DNA of 64,000 nucleotides, taken from positions 194,464 through 258,463 of the forward strand of contig CALFZH010000060.1 of the NCBI GenBank assembly GCA_937952215.1, in the 5' to 3' direction. Made by a program: the position numbers and the translations under genes. Positions 48,143 through 57,708 of this stretch are shown here, piece after piece (the stretch's first letter is position 1; the number at the start of each line of letters is the position of its first letter). The DNA comes from an uncultured bacterium (GTDB taxonomy: Bacteria > Planctomycetota > UBA1135 > UBA2386). The notes under the pieces are model-generated. The model saw only the letters and a list, made by a program, of their open reading frames with translations, did not search any database and was not told the origin of the DNA.

Positions 48143-49587
48143 AGCCGGCGCGCGGACTGGCGGTCGACGTCGCGATCGCCTGCGGTCTCGCCGCCGTCGT
48201 CGCCGCGCTCTACGCGTACACGGTGCTCGGCTGCATCTACGCCAACGACGGCGCGATGCTCGCGGACTGGACCGCCCTGCCCGAACGCGCCTACCGGCAG
48301 TACCACAACACGCTCTACCTGCCGATCGCCGACATCGTCGCCGCGGTCGTGCCGCCGGGGCTGCTGGGCCTGGACGGCGATCCGTTGGCGACGGCGAAGG
48401 CGACCAGCGTCGTCTGCATGGCGCTCGGCCTCGCGTTCGTGTTCGGCTGCTGCCGACTGCTCGGGCAGTCGCGCGCCGCCAGCGTCTTGGGCACGGCGTT
48501 GCTCGCGGTGACGCCGGTCACGTGGTTCTTCGCCGCCGCGATCGAAGTGCACGCGCAGCACTTCCTGGTCGTCTCGGCGGCGGCGTTCGTGACGTTGTTG
48601 CTGCCGTGGCGGCGCCCGGTGCTCGCGACCGCGCTCGCCGCGCTGGTCTTCGTGCTGCCGTGCATGTCGCACCAGACGGCGCCGGTGCTGGGGCCGGGTT
48701 GGGTGCTGCTCGCGCAGTGCGCGCGGCGGCGTTGCGCGCCGCCGCTGTCGTGGCGGGCGCTGGCCGGCGTCGGCGGTGCCTTCGTCGCCGCGATCGTGGT
48801 GGCGCACGTGCTGGTGCAGGCGATGCGCGGCGAGGGCCTTGCGCCCGATCCCGGCTGGGTCGCCTCCACGGCGCTCGGCTGGCGGCGCGCGTTCGTGTTC
48901 GGGATCGTGCGCGACGCGGTGGTTCTGCCGCTCGTCCTGCTGCTGCCGATCGTGCTCGTCGCTGCGTGCTGGCGGCGAGTCGCGATGGAACTGCGCGCGG
49001 TGGCCGCCGCGCTGCTGCTGCCGCTGGTCGGCAGTGTGCTGTGGTGGGGGATCGCCGAACGCGGCGGCTACCTGCTCGGGCCGATGTTCGTCGCCGCCGT
49101 GCTCGCCGCGGCGGCGTGGTCGGCCCTCCCGGCCCGCGCCGCCGTCGCGGTCGCGTTGGTGCTGCTGCCTGCCCAGGCGGTCTTCGGCTGGCGCGACGTG
49201 CGTGCCTTCGATGCCGCGGGCGCGCCGCTCGTGGACCGTGTCGTGCGCATCCGGGAGCACCTTGGCGAAACGGGCCTGCTGGTGTCGGCGAACGACAACG
49301 CGCCGAACGCGATCGCCTGGCTGCCGCGCGTCAACGAGATCAACCTGTTCCCGATGCTGGCGAAGCCGATCGGGCCGACCGAGGCCGTGCAGGCAGCGCA
49401 ACCGCTGCTCGAGATGGTCACTGCTGCTGGCCGGGCGCTGTTCGACACCAGCTGGCGATCGCGCACCGACCTGCCGGAGTACGTCGTGGCGGCACTCAGC
49501 GCGCTCGAGGCGAAGCTCCGCGCCGACTTCCGCGTGACGGAGCTGCCGGATCCGTCGTGGCCGTTCCTGCGGCTCGAGCGGCGTTGA
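48139..49587 (+). CDS. polytopic membrane protein, function unknown (possible glycosyltransferase partner)
   Basis: The ATG overlaps the GT2 stop (ATGA). The product is 482 aa with many hydrophobic segments. Confidence 0.4.
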   Translation: MKPARGLAVDVAIACGLAAVVAALYAYTVLGCIYANDGAMLADWTALPERAYRQYHNTLYLPIADIVAAVVPPGLLGLDGDPLATAKATSVVCMALGLAFVFGCCRLLGQSRAASVLGTALLAVTPVTWFFAAAIEVHAQHFLVVSAAAFVTLLLPWRRPVLATALAALVFVLPCMSHQTAPVLGPGWVLLAQCARRRCAPPLSWRALAGVGGAFVAAIVVAHVLVQAMRGEGLAPDPGWVASTALGWRRAFVFGIVRDAVVLPLVLLLPIVLVAACWRRVAMELRAVAAALLLPLVGSVLWWGIAERGGYLLGPMFVAAVLAAAAWSALPARAAVAVALVLLPAQAVFGWRDVRAFDAAGAPLVDRVVRIREHLGETGLLVSANDNAPNAIAWLPRVNEINLFPMLAKPIGPTEAVQAAQPLLEMVTAAGRALFDTSWRSRTDLPEYVVAALSALEAKLRADFRVTELPDPSWPFLRLERR

Positions 49588-49588
49588 G

Positions 49589-50701
49589 TCAGGCCCGCCG
49601 TGCCCCAGCGCGCGCACGATCGAGCGCCACCGCGCCGACGATGATCGCGCCGGTCGCGACCTCCTGCACCCAGTTGTCGAGGCCGAGCTTGGTGCAGCCG
49701 TTGTCGACGATCGTCATCACGAACGCGCCGACCAGCGTGCCGGCGATCGCGCCTTCGCCACCGGCCAGCGACGCGCCGCCGATCACCGCCGCGGCGATCG
49801 CCTTCAGTTCGAGCCCCTGGGCGGTGGTCGGGTCGCCCATCGACAGATACGCGAGCTGCAGCACGGCAGCGACGCCCGCGCACGCGCCGCCGACGAGGTA
49901 GCTGCCGAGTTCGGTGCGGGGAACGTCGATGCCCGAGAGGCGCGCGGCGTTCCGGTTGCTGCCCAGCGCCTGCACGTGGCGGCCGAACACCGTGCGACGC
50001 AGCAGCAGCGCGCCGACGACCGCGCAGCCGAGCAGCGCCCAGACGCCGGGCGGCAGGAACGTCGAGCCCGGCATCATCAGCCAGCGGATGTCGTCGTTGC
50101 CGGAGAAGTAGACCGGCTGGTTGCCGCCGAGCCCCTTCGCGAGACCGCGCAGCGCCCCCCAGAGTCCGAGCGTCACGATGAACGGCGACAGCGGCAGCGA
50201 CCAGCGCAGCCGCGCCGTCGCCAGCCAGGTCGCGGTGGCGGCGACGGCCGCGGCGGCGAGGCACGCGCCGGTCGCGGGCGTGTCGGCGCTCGTGACCAAC
50301 GAGACCACCTGCGCGGCGAGTGCGGCGGCCATCGCCGCGAGCACGAGGCGCCCCAGCGCCCCGGTGACCAGCGCGCCGATCGCGAAGCCGACCAGCGTGC
50401 ACGCGGTGATCGTCGCGGCGGCGGCGAGCGGCCAGCTCGCTCCTTCGCGCAGCGCGATGGCGCCGACCATCGTGCCGACCGCGACCGACGAGCCGACCGA
50501 GAGGTCGATGCCGCCGCCGACGATGATCCACGTCGCCCCGATCGCGGCGATGCCGACGACGGCCGTCTGCAGCAGCATCAACTCGTGGTTGGCCCAGCTC
50601 GTGAACGTGCCGCCGGCCGTCGCGGCGAACAGCAGCCACGTGGCGAGCAGGCCGAGCAGCGGGCCGCCGCTGCGCAGCAAGCGTGCCTTGCCGCCGGTCA
50701 T
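49589..50701 (-). CDS. sugar ABC transporter permease (RbsC/AraH family)
   Basis: Internal ATG at 50701 of ORF 49589..51466 overlaps the SBP stop. GGIDLSVGSSVAVG and RLSGIDV...AAVIGGASLAGGEG are family signatures. Confidence 0.75.
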   Translation of the reverse strand: MTGGKARLLRSGGPLLGLLATWLLFAATAGGTFTSWANHELMLLQTAVVGIAAIGATWIIVGGGIDLSVGSSVAVGTMVGAIALREGASWPLAAAATITACTLVGFAIGALVTGALGRLVLAAMAAALAAQVVSLVTSADTPATGACLAAAAVAATATWLATARLRWSLPLSPFIVTLGLWGALRGLAKGLGGNQPVYFSGNDDIRWLMMPGSTFLPPGVWALLGCAVVGALLLRRTVFGRHVQALGSNRNAARLSGIDVPRTELGSYLVGGACAGVAAVLQLAYLSMGDPTTAQGLELKAIAAAVIGGASLAGGEGAIAGTLVGAFVMTIVDNGCTKLGLDNWVQEVATGAIIVGAVALDRARAGARRA

Positions 50702-51660
50702 CGCAGCAGGCGCGCGATCGCCGGCTCGTCGGCGTTCGCCTTGGTCGCGATCACGGCGCCGGTGTCGACGACGGGCGGCACCGGCTTCTTCGCGAGCAGG
50801 TCCGCGAGCAGCTGCACCGAGAGTTCGCCCATGCGCCGTGGGTCCTGCACGACCAAGGCGTCGATCGTGCCGCCGCGCAGGGCTGCGACCAGCGGCGGCG
50901 AACTGTCGAAGCCGACGAACCGCACCTTGCCGGCGAGGCCCAGTTGTTCGAGCGCCTGCAGCATGCCGGCGGTCGCCGATTCGTTGCTGCAGAACACGCC
51001 CTGGGCGTCGCGCAGCGTGTCGGCGAGGTTGAGGGCCTGCGTCTTCGCTTCGCCGACGGTGGCGCCCGCGTAGCGGTTGTGCACGACGACCTCGAGGCCC
51101 GCCTGCTTGCATGCGGTCAGGAAGCCCGTCTCGCGCTGCTCGGTCGACGCCGAGCCGACCTGGTAGCGCAGCATCACGACCTTGCCCTTGCCGCCGAGCA
51201 GCGAGCCGAGGTGGGCGCCGGCCATCTCGCCGCCGCGCGTGTTGTCGGTGGCGACGTAGCTGGCGAAGTCCTCGCCGGGCACGCCGTTCAGCGCGCTGTC
51301 GAAGATCACCACCGGAATGCCCTTGGCGCGCGCGGCCGCGACCGCCGGCATCAGCGCCGTGTGGTCGAGCGGCGCCAGCGCCAGGCCGGCAATGCCCTCG
51401 CCGACGAACTGCTGCACGAGCTGGATCTGCTGCGCCCGGTCGTTCTCCTGCAGCGGCCCCTTCCACACGACGTCGACGCCCGCCGGTGCGGCGGCAGTCC
51501 GCGCGCCCTCGGCAACCGCCTGCCAGAACACGTGCGTCGTGCCCTTCGGGATCACGGCGACTCGCGGCTTGGCCGGCGCGCCGGGGGTCTCCGGCGTTGC
51601 CGGCGAGTCGCCGCAGGCGGTGGCGAGCAGCAGGAGTCCGAGGATCGGAGCGAGGCGCAT
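50698..51660 (-). CDS. periplasmic sugar-binding lipoprotein (RbsB-like, PBP1)
   Basis: Lipobox LLLLATACG. VAVIPKGTTHVFWQAVAEGA...QIQLVQQFVGEGIAGLALAPLD...IPVVIFDS. Confidence 0.75.
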   Translation of the reverse strand: MRLAPILGLLLLATACGDSPATPETPGAPAKPRVAVIPKGTTHVFWQAVAEGARTAAAPAGVDVVWKGPLQENDRAQQIQLVQQFVGEGIAGLALAPLDHTALMPAVAAARAKGIPVVIFDSALNGVPGEDFASYVATDNTRGGEMAGAHLGSLLGGKGKVVMLRYQVGSASTEQRETGFLTACKQAGLEVVVHNRYAGATVGEAKTQALNLADTLRDAQGVFCSNESATAGMLQALEQLGLAGKVRFVGFDSSPPLVAALRGGTIDALVVQDPRRMGELSVQLLADLLAKKPVPPVVDTGAVIATKANADEPAIARLLR

Positions 51661-51711
51661 CGTGGTGCGCCGGATGCTAGCGAGGGCGAGGTCGTGGGTC
51701 TGCGGGCTCGC

Positions 51712-52356
51712 CTAGGTCGCAGCGTCGTCGTTCGTCGCCGTGCGCCAGGCGCCGCTGCGCAGCAGCTCGAGTTTTTCCGCGAGCCTCGGCAGTGCGCGCT
51801 GGTAGCGCTTGCGCGCGGCTTCCTCGCTGACGCCGAACCTCTCACCCAGCTCCGGGAACGACAGCCCGTCCCAGTCGCGGCCGCGGATCGCCTCACGGTC
51901 GTCGGGATCGAGCAGTTCGAGGGCGAGGCGCAGCCACTCGCGCTGTTCGTCCGCGGCAGCGCGGGCCGGCGGCTCGGTTACCGAACGCATGGGCGCGTCG
52001 AGCAGCAGCACGGAGTCGCTCGGCAGCGCCCGCGCGCGGCGCGGATCGCGTCGCTGCCGATGCAGGTAGCGCACACGATCGATGAGGGTGTTCTCGATGA
52101 TGCGCAGCAGCAGTGCGCGGAACGCCGCCGGATCGTCGATCGCGAACCGCGGGCCATCCTGCAGCACGTCGACGAGCGTGCGTTGCACGAAGTCGTCGGT
52201 GTCGCCATCGGCGCGGGCCGCGGGCGAGAGTCGCTTGCGCACCTGGGCCGCGAGCCACGGCAGGTGATCGGCAACCAGCAGATGCAGTGCCTCCTGGTCG
52301 CCGCGGTGAACGCGCAGCACGCGCTGCGTGATGGTGTCGGGTGCTGGTGCGCTCAC
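51712..52356 (-). CDS. ECF-type sigma-70 factor (Ser/Thr-kinase-associated type)
   Basis: An internal GTG at 52356 of ORF 51712..52812 overlaps the kinase stop (GTGA). It has region 2 (DDFVQRTLVDVL) and region 4 (REAIRGRDWDGLSFPELGERFGVSEEAARKRYQRALPRL). Confidence 0.7.
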   Translation of the reverse strand: MSAPAPDTITQRVLRVHRGDQEALHLLVADHLPWLAAQVRKRLSPAARADGDTDDFVQRTLVDVLQDGPRFAIDDPAAFRALLLRIIENTLIDRVRYLHRQRRDPRRARALPSDSVLLLDAPMRSVTEPPARAAADEQREWLRLALELLDPDDREAIRGRDWDGLSFPELGERFGVSEEAARKRYQRALPRLAEKLELLRSGAWRTATNDDAAT

Positions 52357-55220
52357 GATCCCCCCAGGCGTTCGCGGAGTGCCTGTGCGTCGGCTCGCTG
52401 CAACAGGCTGGCGAACCGCCGATCGGCGAGCAGGCGACGGCCTTCGGCCCGCTGGACCTCGCCGATGCGCGCAAGGATGCGCACTGCCAGCGCCGCGCAC
52501 TGCTCCGCCAGTTCGCCCTCGCTCGCCGCGGCGGCGCGCGTCGCGCCTTCGGCGGCGAGTCGCAGCGTGGCGACCAGCGTCGGCGCGTGCTCGAGGGCGG
52601 CCGCGGCCGCCGCTGGCACCAGCGCCGCCCGCCCCAGCGCCCCGAGAGCGTAGGCGTGATGGCCGTGGTGGATGCCGAGGAACGTGCGTGCCTGGCTGTT
52701 CTGCGGCATTCGTGCCAGCGCTTCCTGCTGGGACTCGATCGCGCGTTCCGCCCACTGCGCCGCGCTCGCGAAGTCCCGCAGCTCGTTGGCGAGCGAGGCC
52801 AGGGCGTTGCACGCGACGCCGAGGTCGACACGGAAGTCGACGTGGTGGGGATGCTCGGTGACGAGGCCCTGCAGCAGCCCCGTTGCCTGCGTCAGCAGTT
52901 CGCGGGCTTCGTCGGCGTGGGTGTTGATGTCCGGGGCCATCATCAGGCTGGTCGCGAGCTGCATCGTCAGGTCGGCGCGCACGGCGTCGTCCATCCAGGT
53001 ACGCGGCACCGCCGCCGCATCGGCCGGAGTCGCGGCCGCGAGCGCCGGGCGCAGCAGGCGCGTGGCATCGGCGTCCTTGCCGCGGACGATCAGCAGCGAG
53101 CCGAGCACCGCTTGCGCACGCAGCTGCGTGCGATGCAGTTGGCGCGCGCCCGGGTATTCGCGCAGCAGCGTTTCAGCGGCGGCCAGCGCGTCGCGCAAGA
53201 CCTGTTCGGCGTCGGCCGGTCGTCGCTGACGCTGGAGGGCGGTGCCCAGCGCGACCCGAGCCTGCACCAGTTCGACGCCGAGCAGCGGTGTCGGCGGCAA
53301 CGCGGCGAGCTGCGGCACGAACTGCTGCAGACGCTCGAGCGCCTCGTCGGTGCGCCCGGTCGCCAGCAGCACGTGGCCGATCAGCAGTTCGTTGCGCACG
53401 CGCAGCTGATGCGCGTCGCCGTCGTCGGCGAGCTCGGGCCGGGCGAGCAGGGCTGCGGCATCGAGCAGCACCCGTTCGGCATCGCGTCGCCGATCGGGTT
53501 GATCGGCCAGCGCGCGTGCGCGCGTGACCAGCGTTTCGGCGTGCAGCAGCGCGAGGTCGGCGGTCGTCGGGATCGTCGCGTGCACGGCGTTCCAGTGCGC
53601 GAGCGCTCGCTCGAACTCCGCGTCGCCGCGCGCGGGCTCGAGCTGTTGTCGCGCGTGCAGTTCGCGCAGCAGCAGGCGGCCGGCCTGCAGCGCCCGGGCC
53701 GTGGGGGCCGGGTCCGGATCGGCGGCGAGCAGGGTGCTGGCGCGCGCACACGCGGCAAGGGCGGCGCGGTGTTCGGCGAGCTGGACCTGGATGCCGGCGA
53801 CGCGCCACAACGCGAGGGCAACACGGCGCTGGCGGCCAGGCTGGTTCGCACGCAGGGTCAGGAACTGCTCGCAAAGCTGCGCGACGGCGAGCAGCTGCGG
53901 CTGCCGACGGGTGCCGGGCTCGGGCTCCTGGTCGAGGCGTTCGCCGAGGATCGCGAGCGTCTGCTCGATGCTGCGGAAGGCGAGGTCCTCGGCTTGTGCC
54001 AGCACCACACGTTCGCGCTCGACCGCGGCGGCGGTCCCGTGCACGTGCAGCGCGTAGCCGACCGGAGCGCCGACGGCGACCAGCAGCGCCGTGGTCGCGA
54101 GCACGGCGCCGAGCCGGTGGCGGCGCAGCCACTTCGCGGCACGCGTGATCTGGCCGGGCGGGGTGGCGAGGATCGGCTCAATGCGCAGGAAGCGGCGCAG
54201 ATCGGCGGCGAGCGCGCCAACGCTCGGGTAGCGGTCGGCGGGGCGTCGCTCGAGTGCCTTGTGGCAGATCGTGGCGAGGTCGCGCGGCACGCCGCTCGCC
54301 ACCCGGTCGAGGCGCGGGAACTCGCCGACCTCGATGCGCCGCATCACCACGCGCGCGCTGTCGCCCGTGAACGGACGAGTTCGCGCCAGCAGTTCGTAGA
54401 GCACGATGCCGAGCGAGAACTGGTCGGACGCCGGACCCGCCGAGGCGCCGGTGACCTGTTCGGGGCTGCAGTAGTGCGGCGTGCCGAAGAACTCGCCGGT
54501 GCGCGACTGCGACAGCGCATCCGCCTCCTTCGCGAGTCCGAAGTCGAGCAGCCGCACGGCGCCGTCGCGGCCGATCATCACGTTGTGCGGCTTGACGTCG
54601 CGGTGCACGAGCCCTTGGTCGTGGGCGTGCTGCAGCGCATCGCCGAGGCGCGCGACGAGCTCGGCGATCTCGGCGGCGCGGCTGCAATCGGCCCGCACGC
54701 CGAGCCGGTCGTCGTGCATCGCTTCGTGCAGCGGTCGCCCGTCGACGAACTCCATCGTGTAGTAGTGGCAGCCGTGCGTCTCGCCGACCTCGTGGATCGG
54801 CACGATCCCGGGATGGCGCAGCCGTGACGCTGCGGCCGCCTCGCGGCGGAAGCGCGTGATCGAGCGCGCGTCGCCGGTGCGGTGCTCGGGCAACACCTTC
54901 AGGGCGACGCGGCGTCGCAGTGAGATCTGCTCGGCCTCGAAGACGATGCCCATGCCGCCGCGGCCGATCTCGCGCACGATCCGGTAGTCGCCGAAGGTGC
55001 GGCCCGGCGCGAGCAGGGCGTCGCTGGTGGTCCGCGGCGGTTCGTCGGGCTCGAACATCGGCACCAGCAACTCGCGCAGGTCCTCGTGTTCGCGCAGGAA
55101 CGCGTCCCGGTCGCCGCCGACGCGCTGGAAGCGCAGGAACGCGTCCATCGCCTCCGCCAGCCGCTGCAGCCGCAGCCCCTGTGCGTCGGGATCAGGTGTG
55201 GATCGTGGATCGAGGGTCAT
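52353..55220 (-). CDS. Ser/Thr protein kinase with transmembrane helix and long TPR-like C-terminal domain
   Basis: ATG at 55220 of ORF 52353..55514. Kinase motifs are IGRGGMGIVFEA, ALKVL, HRDVKPHNVMI, DFGLA and GTPHYCSPE. A transmembrane segment (AVLATTALLVAVGAPVGYAL) follows, then about 600 aa of helical repeats. Confidence 0.8.
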   Translation of the reverse strand: MTLDPRSTPDPDAQGLRLQRLAEAMDAFLRFQRVGGDRDAFLREHEDLRELLVPMFEPDEPPRTTSDALLAPGRTFGDYRIVREIGRGGMGIVFEAEQISLRRRVALKVLPEHRTGDARSITRFRREAAAASRLRHPGIVPIHEVGETHGCHYYTMEFVDGRPLHEAMHDDRLGVRADCSRAAEIAELVARLGDALQHAHDQGLVHRDVKPHNVMIGRDGAVRLLDFGLAKEADALSQSRTGEFFGTPHYCSPEQVTGASAGPASDQFSLGIVLYELLARTRPFTGDSARVVMRRIEVGEFPRLDRVASGVPRDLATICHKALERRPADRYPSVGALAADLRRFLRIEPILATPPGQITRAAKWLRRHRLGAVLATTALLVAVGAPVGYALHVHGTAAAVERERVVLAQAEDLAFRSIEQTLAILGERLDQEPEPGTRRQPQLLAVAQLCEQFLTLRANQPGRQRRVALALWRVAGIQVQLAEHRAALAACARASTLLAADPDPAPTARALQAGRLLLRELHARQQLEPARGDAEFERALAHWNAVHATIPTTADLALLHAETLVTRARALADQPDRRRDAERVLLDAAALLARPELADDGDAHQLRVRNELLIGHVLLATGRTDEALERLQQFVPQLAALPPTPLLGVELVQARVALGTALQRQRRPADAEQVLRDALAAAETLLREYPGARQLHRTQLRAQAVLGSLLIVRGKDADATRLLRPALAAATPADAAAVPRTWMDDAVRADLTMQLATSLMMAPDINTHADEARELLTQATGLLQGLVTEHPHHVDFRVDLGVACNALASLANELRDFASAAQWAERAIESQQEALARMPQNSQARTFLGIHHGHHAYALGALGRAALVPAAAAAALEHAPTLVATLRLAAEGATRAAAASEGELAEQCAALAVRILARIGEVQRAEGRRLLADRRFASLLQRADAQALRERLGGS

Positions 55221-55383
55221 CTGGCTGCAGGCGGGCGTTCCAGCATAGGTGCCGGGAGTCTTCGCGTTCTCGGGAAGCGCCGCGCCGGCGGCAAGCGGAC
55301 CACGATTCTGCGATTCGCCGGCTCGTCCGCTCCCGCGCGGGTGCGGCGCTCCAGCGGGGGTCTTTCCTTCCAACTCGACCCCG

Positions 55384-57657
55384 ATGAACCTGAACCGAAC
55401 TTGCCGTGCCGTGGCCGCGACCACCGTCGTTGCCGCAGCGTCCTTCGCCCAACAACCTGCCGACGCCCTCGCGACCCCCGCGATCGGCCGAGGACTGGTC
55501 GTTCCCATCCACACGCAAGCCGACGACGGCGGCGTGCCCTATGGCCTGTGGGCCGGCGGCGACGACTACAAGGCGTCGTTCGACGGCGGCATGGTCTTCG
55601 TGCCGTACGGCGCGAGTGCGGGCCCGGCGCCGACGTGGTCGTGGCGGACGGCCAGCGCGCGCGTCGGCGAACTCGAACTCGTCACCCACGCGCCGCGGCT
55701 GTGCCACACCGACCTGCGGGCCGAGTACCACCTCGGCGGCGTGGTCGAAGCGTACGACGTGCGCGCCGACGGCCTCGAGCAGACGTTCGTGCTCGCGCAG
55801 CGGCCGGCTGCCGCCGGCGACCTGGTGATCCGCGGCGCCGTTGCCTCGGTCCTGCAACCGCTTGCCTCCGAGGCTGGCGGGATCGCCTACGTCGACGCTG
55901 GCGGCGCGGTGCGGGTGCACTACGGCGCCGCGGTCGCGATCGATGCGAACGGCCAGCGCCGGGCGATGGCGACGACGCCGGTCGCCGGCGGCATCGAACT
56001 CCGGCTCGATGCCGGCTGGCTCGCGTCGGCGGCGTTCCCGCTGGTCGTGGATCCGCTGTTGGTGCCAGTGGCGATCGCCAGCGGCACCACCATTGGAGCC
56101 GTTGACGTTGCGCACGACCCGCTCGGCACCAAGGGCCTGTGGTTCGCAGAGGTGCGAGCCGTCGGCACCGATACGGACGTGCGGCTGATCCGCACCGAGG
56201 ACGACGGCAGCGCGCCGTTCGCCGTCTACACGGATCTGTCGGCGAACTGGGCGTCGTTGGAGCCGAGCCTCGGCATCAACCGTCCGGCCGCGAGCACGGC
56301 GTTTGCGTTCACCCGCCACTTCTTGAACGACACGCGTGGCGTGCGTGTGCACGTGCACGACCGGCTCGACCTGGGTTTCGACGGCAACTGGGTGGCGATC
56401 CCGAACGTGGATGGCCGCAACCAGTGGCGCCCGTCGGTCGGCCATGAGCTGTCGCCGGTGTCGTTCACGTCGCTGCTGATCGCCTACCAGGTCGAGACGA
56501 CCGGGGCGTTCAGCAACATCTCGACGAGCGCGATCCACGCCGCCGAGTTTGCGTGCGGCGGCATCGGTTCGGTGGTGAGCCAGTTCGTCGTCAACGAGGT
56601 CGCCGGCGTCGACAGCGAGCGACCGAGCGTCGCCAAGGTCGCGATCGGGCCGACGCGAACCTGGACCGTCGCGTTCCAGCGCTACCAGCCGTTCGGCGGC
56701 GGCTTCACGTGGGACATCGGCCTGCGCCGCGTCGACGCGGCATGGGCAGTCGGCGCCGAGGTCGTGTTGCCGAACGTGCAAGCGTCCCAGCACGAGATGG
56801 CGCCGCAGCTCGCCGGCTCCGACGACCGGCTGATGGTGTTCTTCACCGCATCGACGCAGGCCGAGTCGGTCGCCAAGCCGAACGGCATCAACGGCCACCG
56901 GTTCTACGGGCAACGCATCGCCGGCAACGGCAACTCGGTGTCGTTCCCGTTCGGCGTGCGACTGCTGCAGAGCAACGGTGACGCGCGGCTCGAGCTCTCG
57001 GGAGCGGACTTCGACACGATCTCGCAGAGCCACTGGGCGCTGATGTTCCGCAGCAACGCGACCGAGACGCTCTACATGCGCGTCTACGGCTACCAGGGCA
57101 TCGAACTGAGCAGCGACAACATCGACGACCCGACCACGGGGCTCGGCACCAGCGTTCACGGCGGCGTCTGCTTCCAGGAGAACGAAGCCGAGTTCATCGC
57201 CGGCTATGGCATCGACGAACCCGGTGTCGGCTCGTACCTCCGCATGCGGCGCCGTGACTACCCGTTCACGCCGCCGCCCGCGACCAGCGGCAGTGCTTGC
57301 ACGTCGACGGTGCTCGGCTGGCAAGGAACGCAGTGGATCGGCAGCCAGCAGAGTGGCGTCACGTTCGCGAACGCCCCGGCCGGCTCGGCGACGGCCGTCG
57401 TCGTCGCCACGCAAACCGCCTTCCTGCAGATCTTCGGTGTCGATGGAGTGCAGGACGGCTGCTGGCTCCTCGTGCCGCTGGCGGGGCCGGACTTCCTCGG
57501 CGTGCTGCCGCCGATCCTCGGCAGCGCAGGAAACTGGACGCTGCCACTGCCGGACGGGCTCCCCGGCATGGCGGTGTACTTCCAGGGCGTGACCTACGAC
57601 CTGGCGACCGGGCTGCACACGAGCAGCTCGCGCCTGGCGGTCCTCCTCACGAAGTGA
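55384..57657 (+). CDS. large secreted hypothetical protein
   Basis: ATG at 55384 of ORF 55249..57657, with signal peptide AVAATTVVAAASFAQQ. The product is 757 aa with no motif I can recognise. Confidence 0.45.
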   Translation: MNLNRTCRAVAATTVVAAASFAQQPADALATPAIGRGLVVPIHTQADDGGVPYGLWAGGDDYKASFDGGMVFVPYGASAGPAPTWSWRTASARVGELELVTHAPRLCHTDLRAEYHLGGVVEAYDVRADGLEQTFVLAQRPAAAGDLVIRGAVASVLQPLASEAGGIAYVDAGGAVRVHYGAAVAIDANGQRRAMATTPVAGGIELRLDAGWLASAAFPLVVDPLLVPVAIASGTTIGAVDVAHDPLGTKGLWFAEVRAVGTDTDVRLIRTEDDGSAPFAVYTDLSANWASLEPSLGINRPAASTAFAFTRHFLNDTRGVRVHVHDRLDLGFDGNWVAIPNVDGRNQWRPSVGHELSPVSFTSLLIAYQVETTGAFSNISTSAIHAAEFACGGIGSVVSQFVVNEVAGVDSERPSVAKVAIGPTRTWTVAFQRYQPFGGGFTWDIGLRRVDAAWAVGAEVVLPNVQASQHEMAPQLAGSDDRLMVFFTASTQAESVAKPNGINGHRFYGQRIAGNGNSVSFPFGVRLLQSNGDARLELSGADFDTISQSHWALMFRSNATETLYMRVYGYQGIELSSDNIDDPTTGLGTSVHGGVCFQENEAEFIAGYGIDEPGVGSYLRMRRRDYPFTPPPATSGSACTSTVLGWQGTQWIGSQQSGVTFANAPAGSATAVVVATQTAFLQIFGVDGVQDGCWLLVPLAGPDFLGVLPPILGSAGNWTLPLPDGLPGMAVYFQGVTYDLATGLHTSSSRLAVLLTK

Positions 57658-57708
57658 CCGCGCGGCGACCGAGCTTGCGGCCGAGCCGCACGGCCGCATG
57701 ATCGCGCC

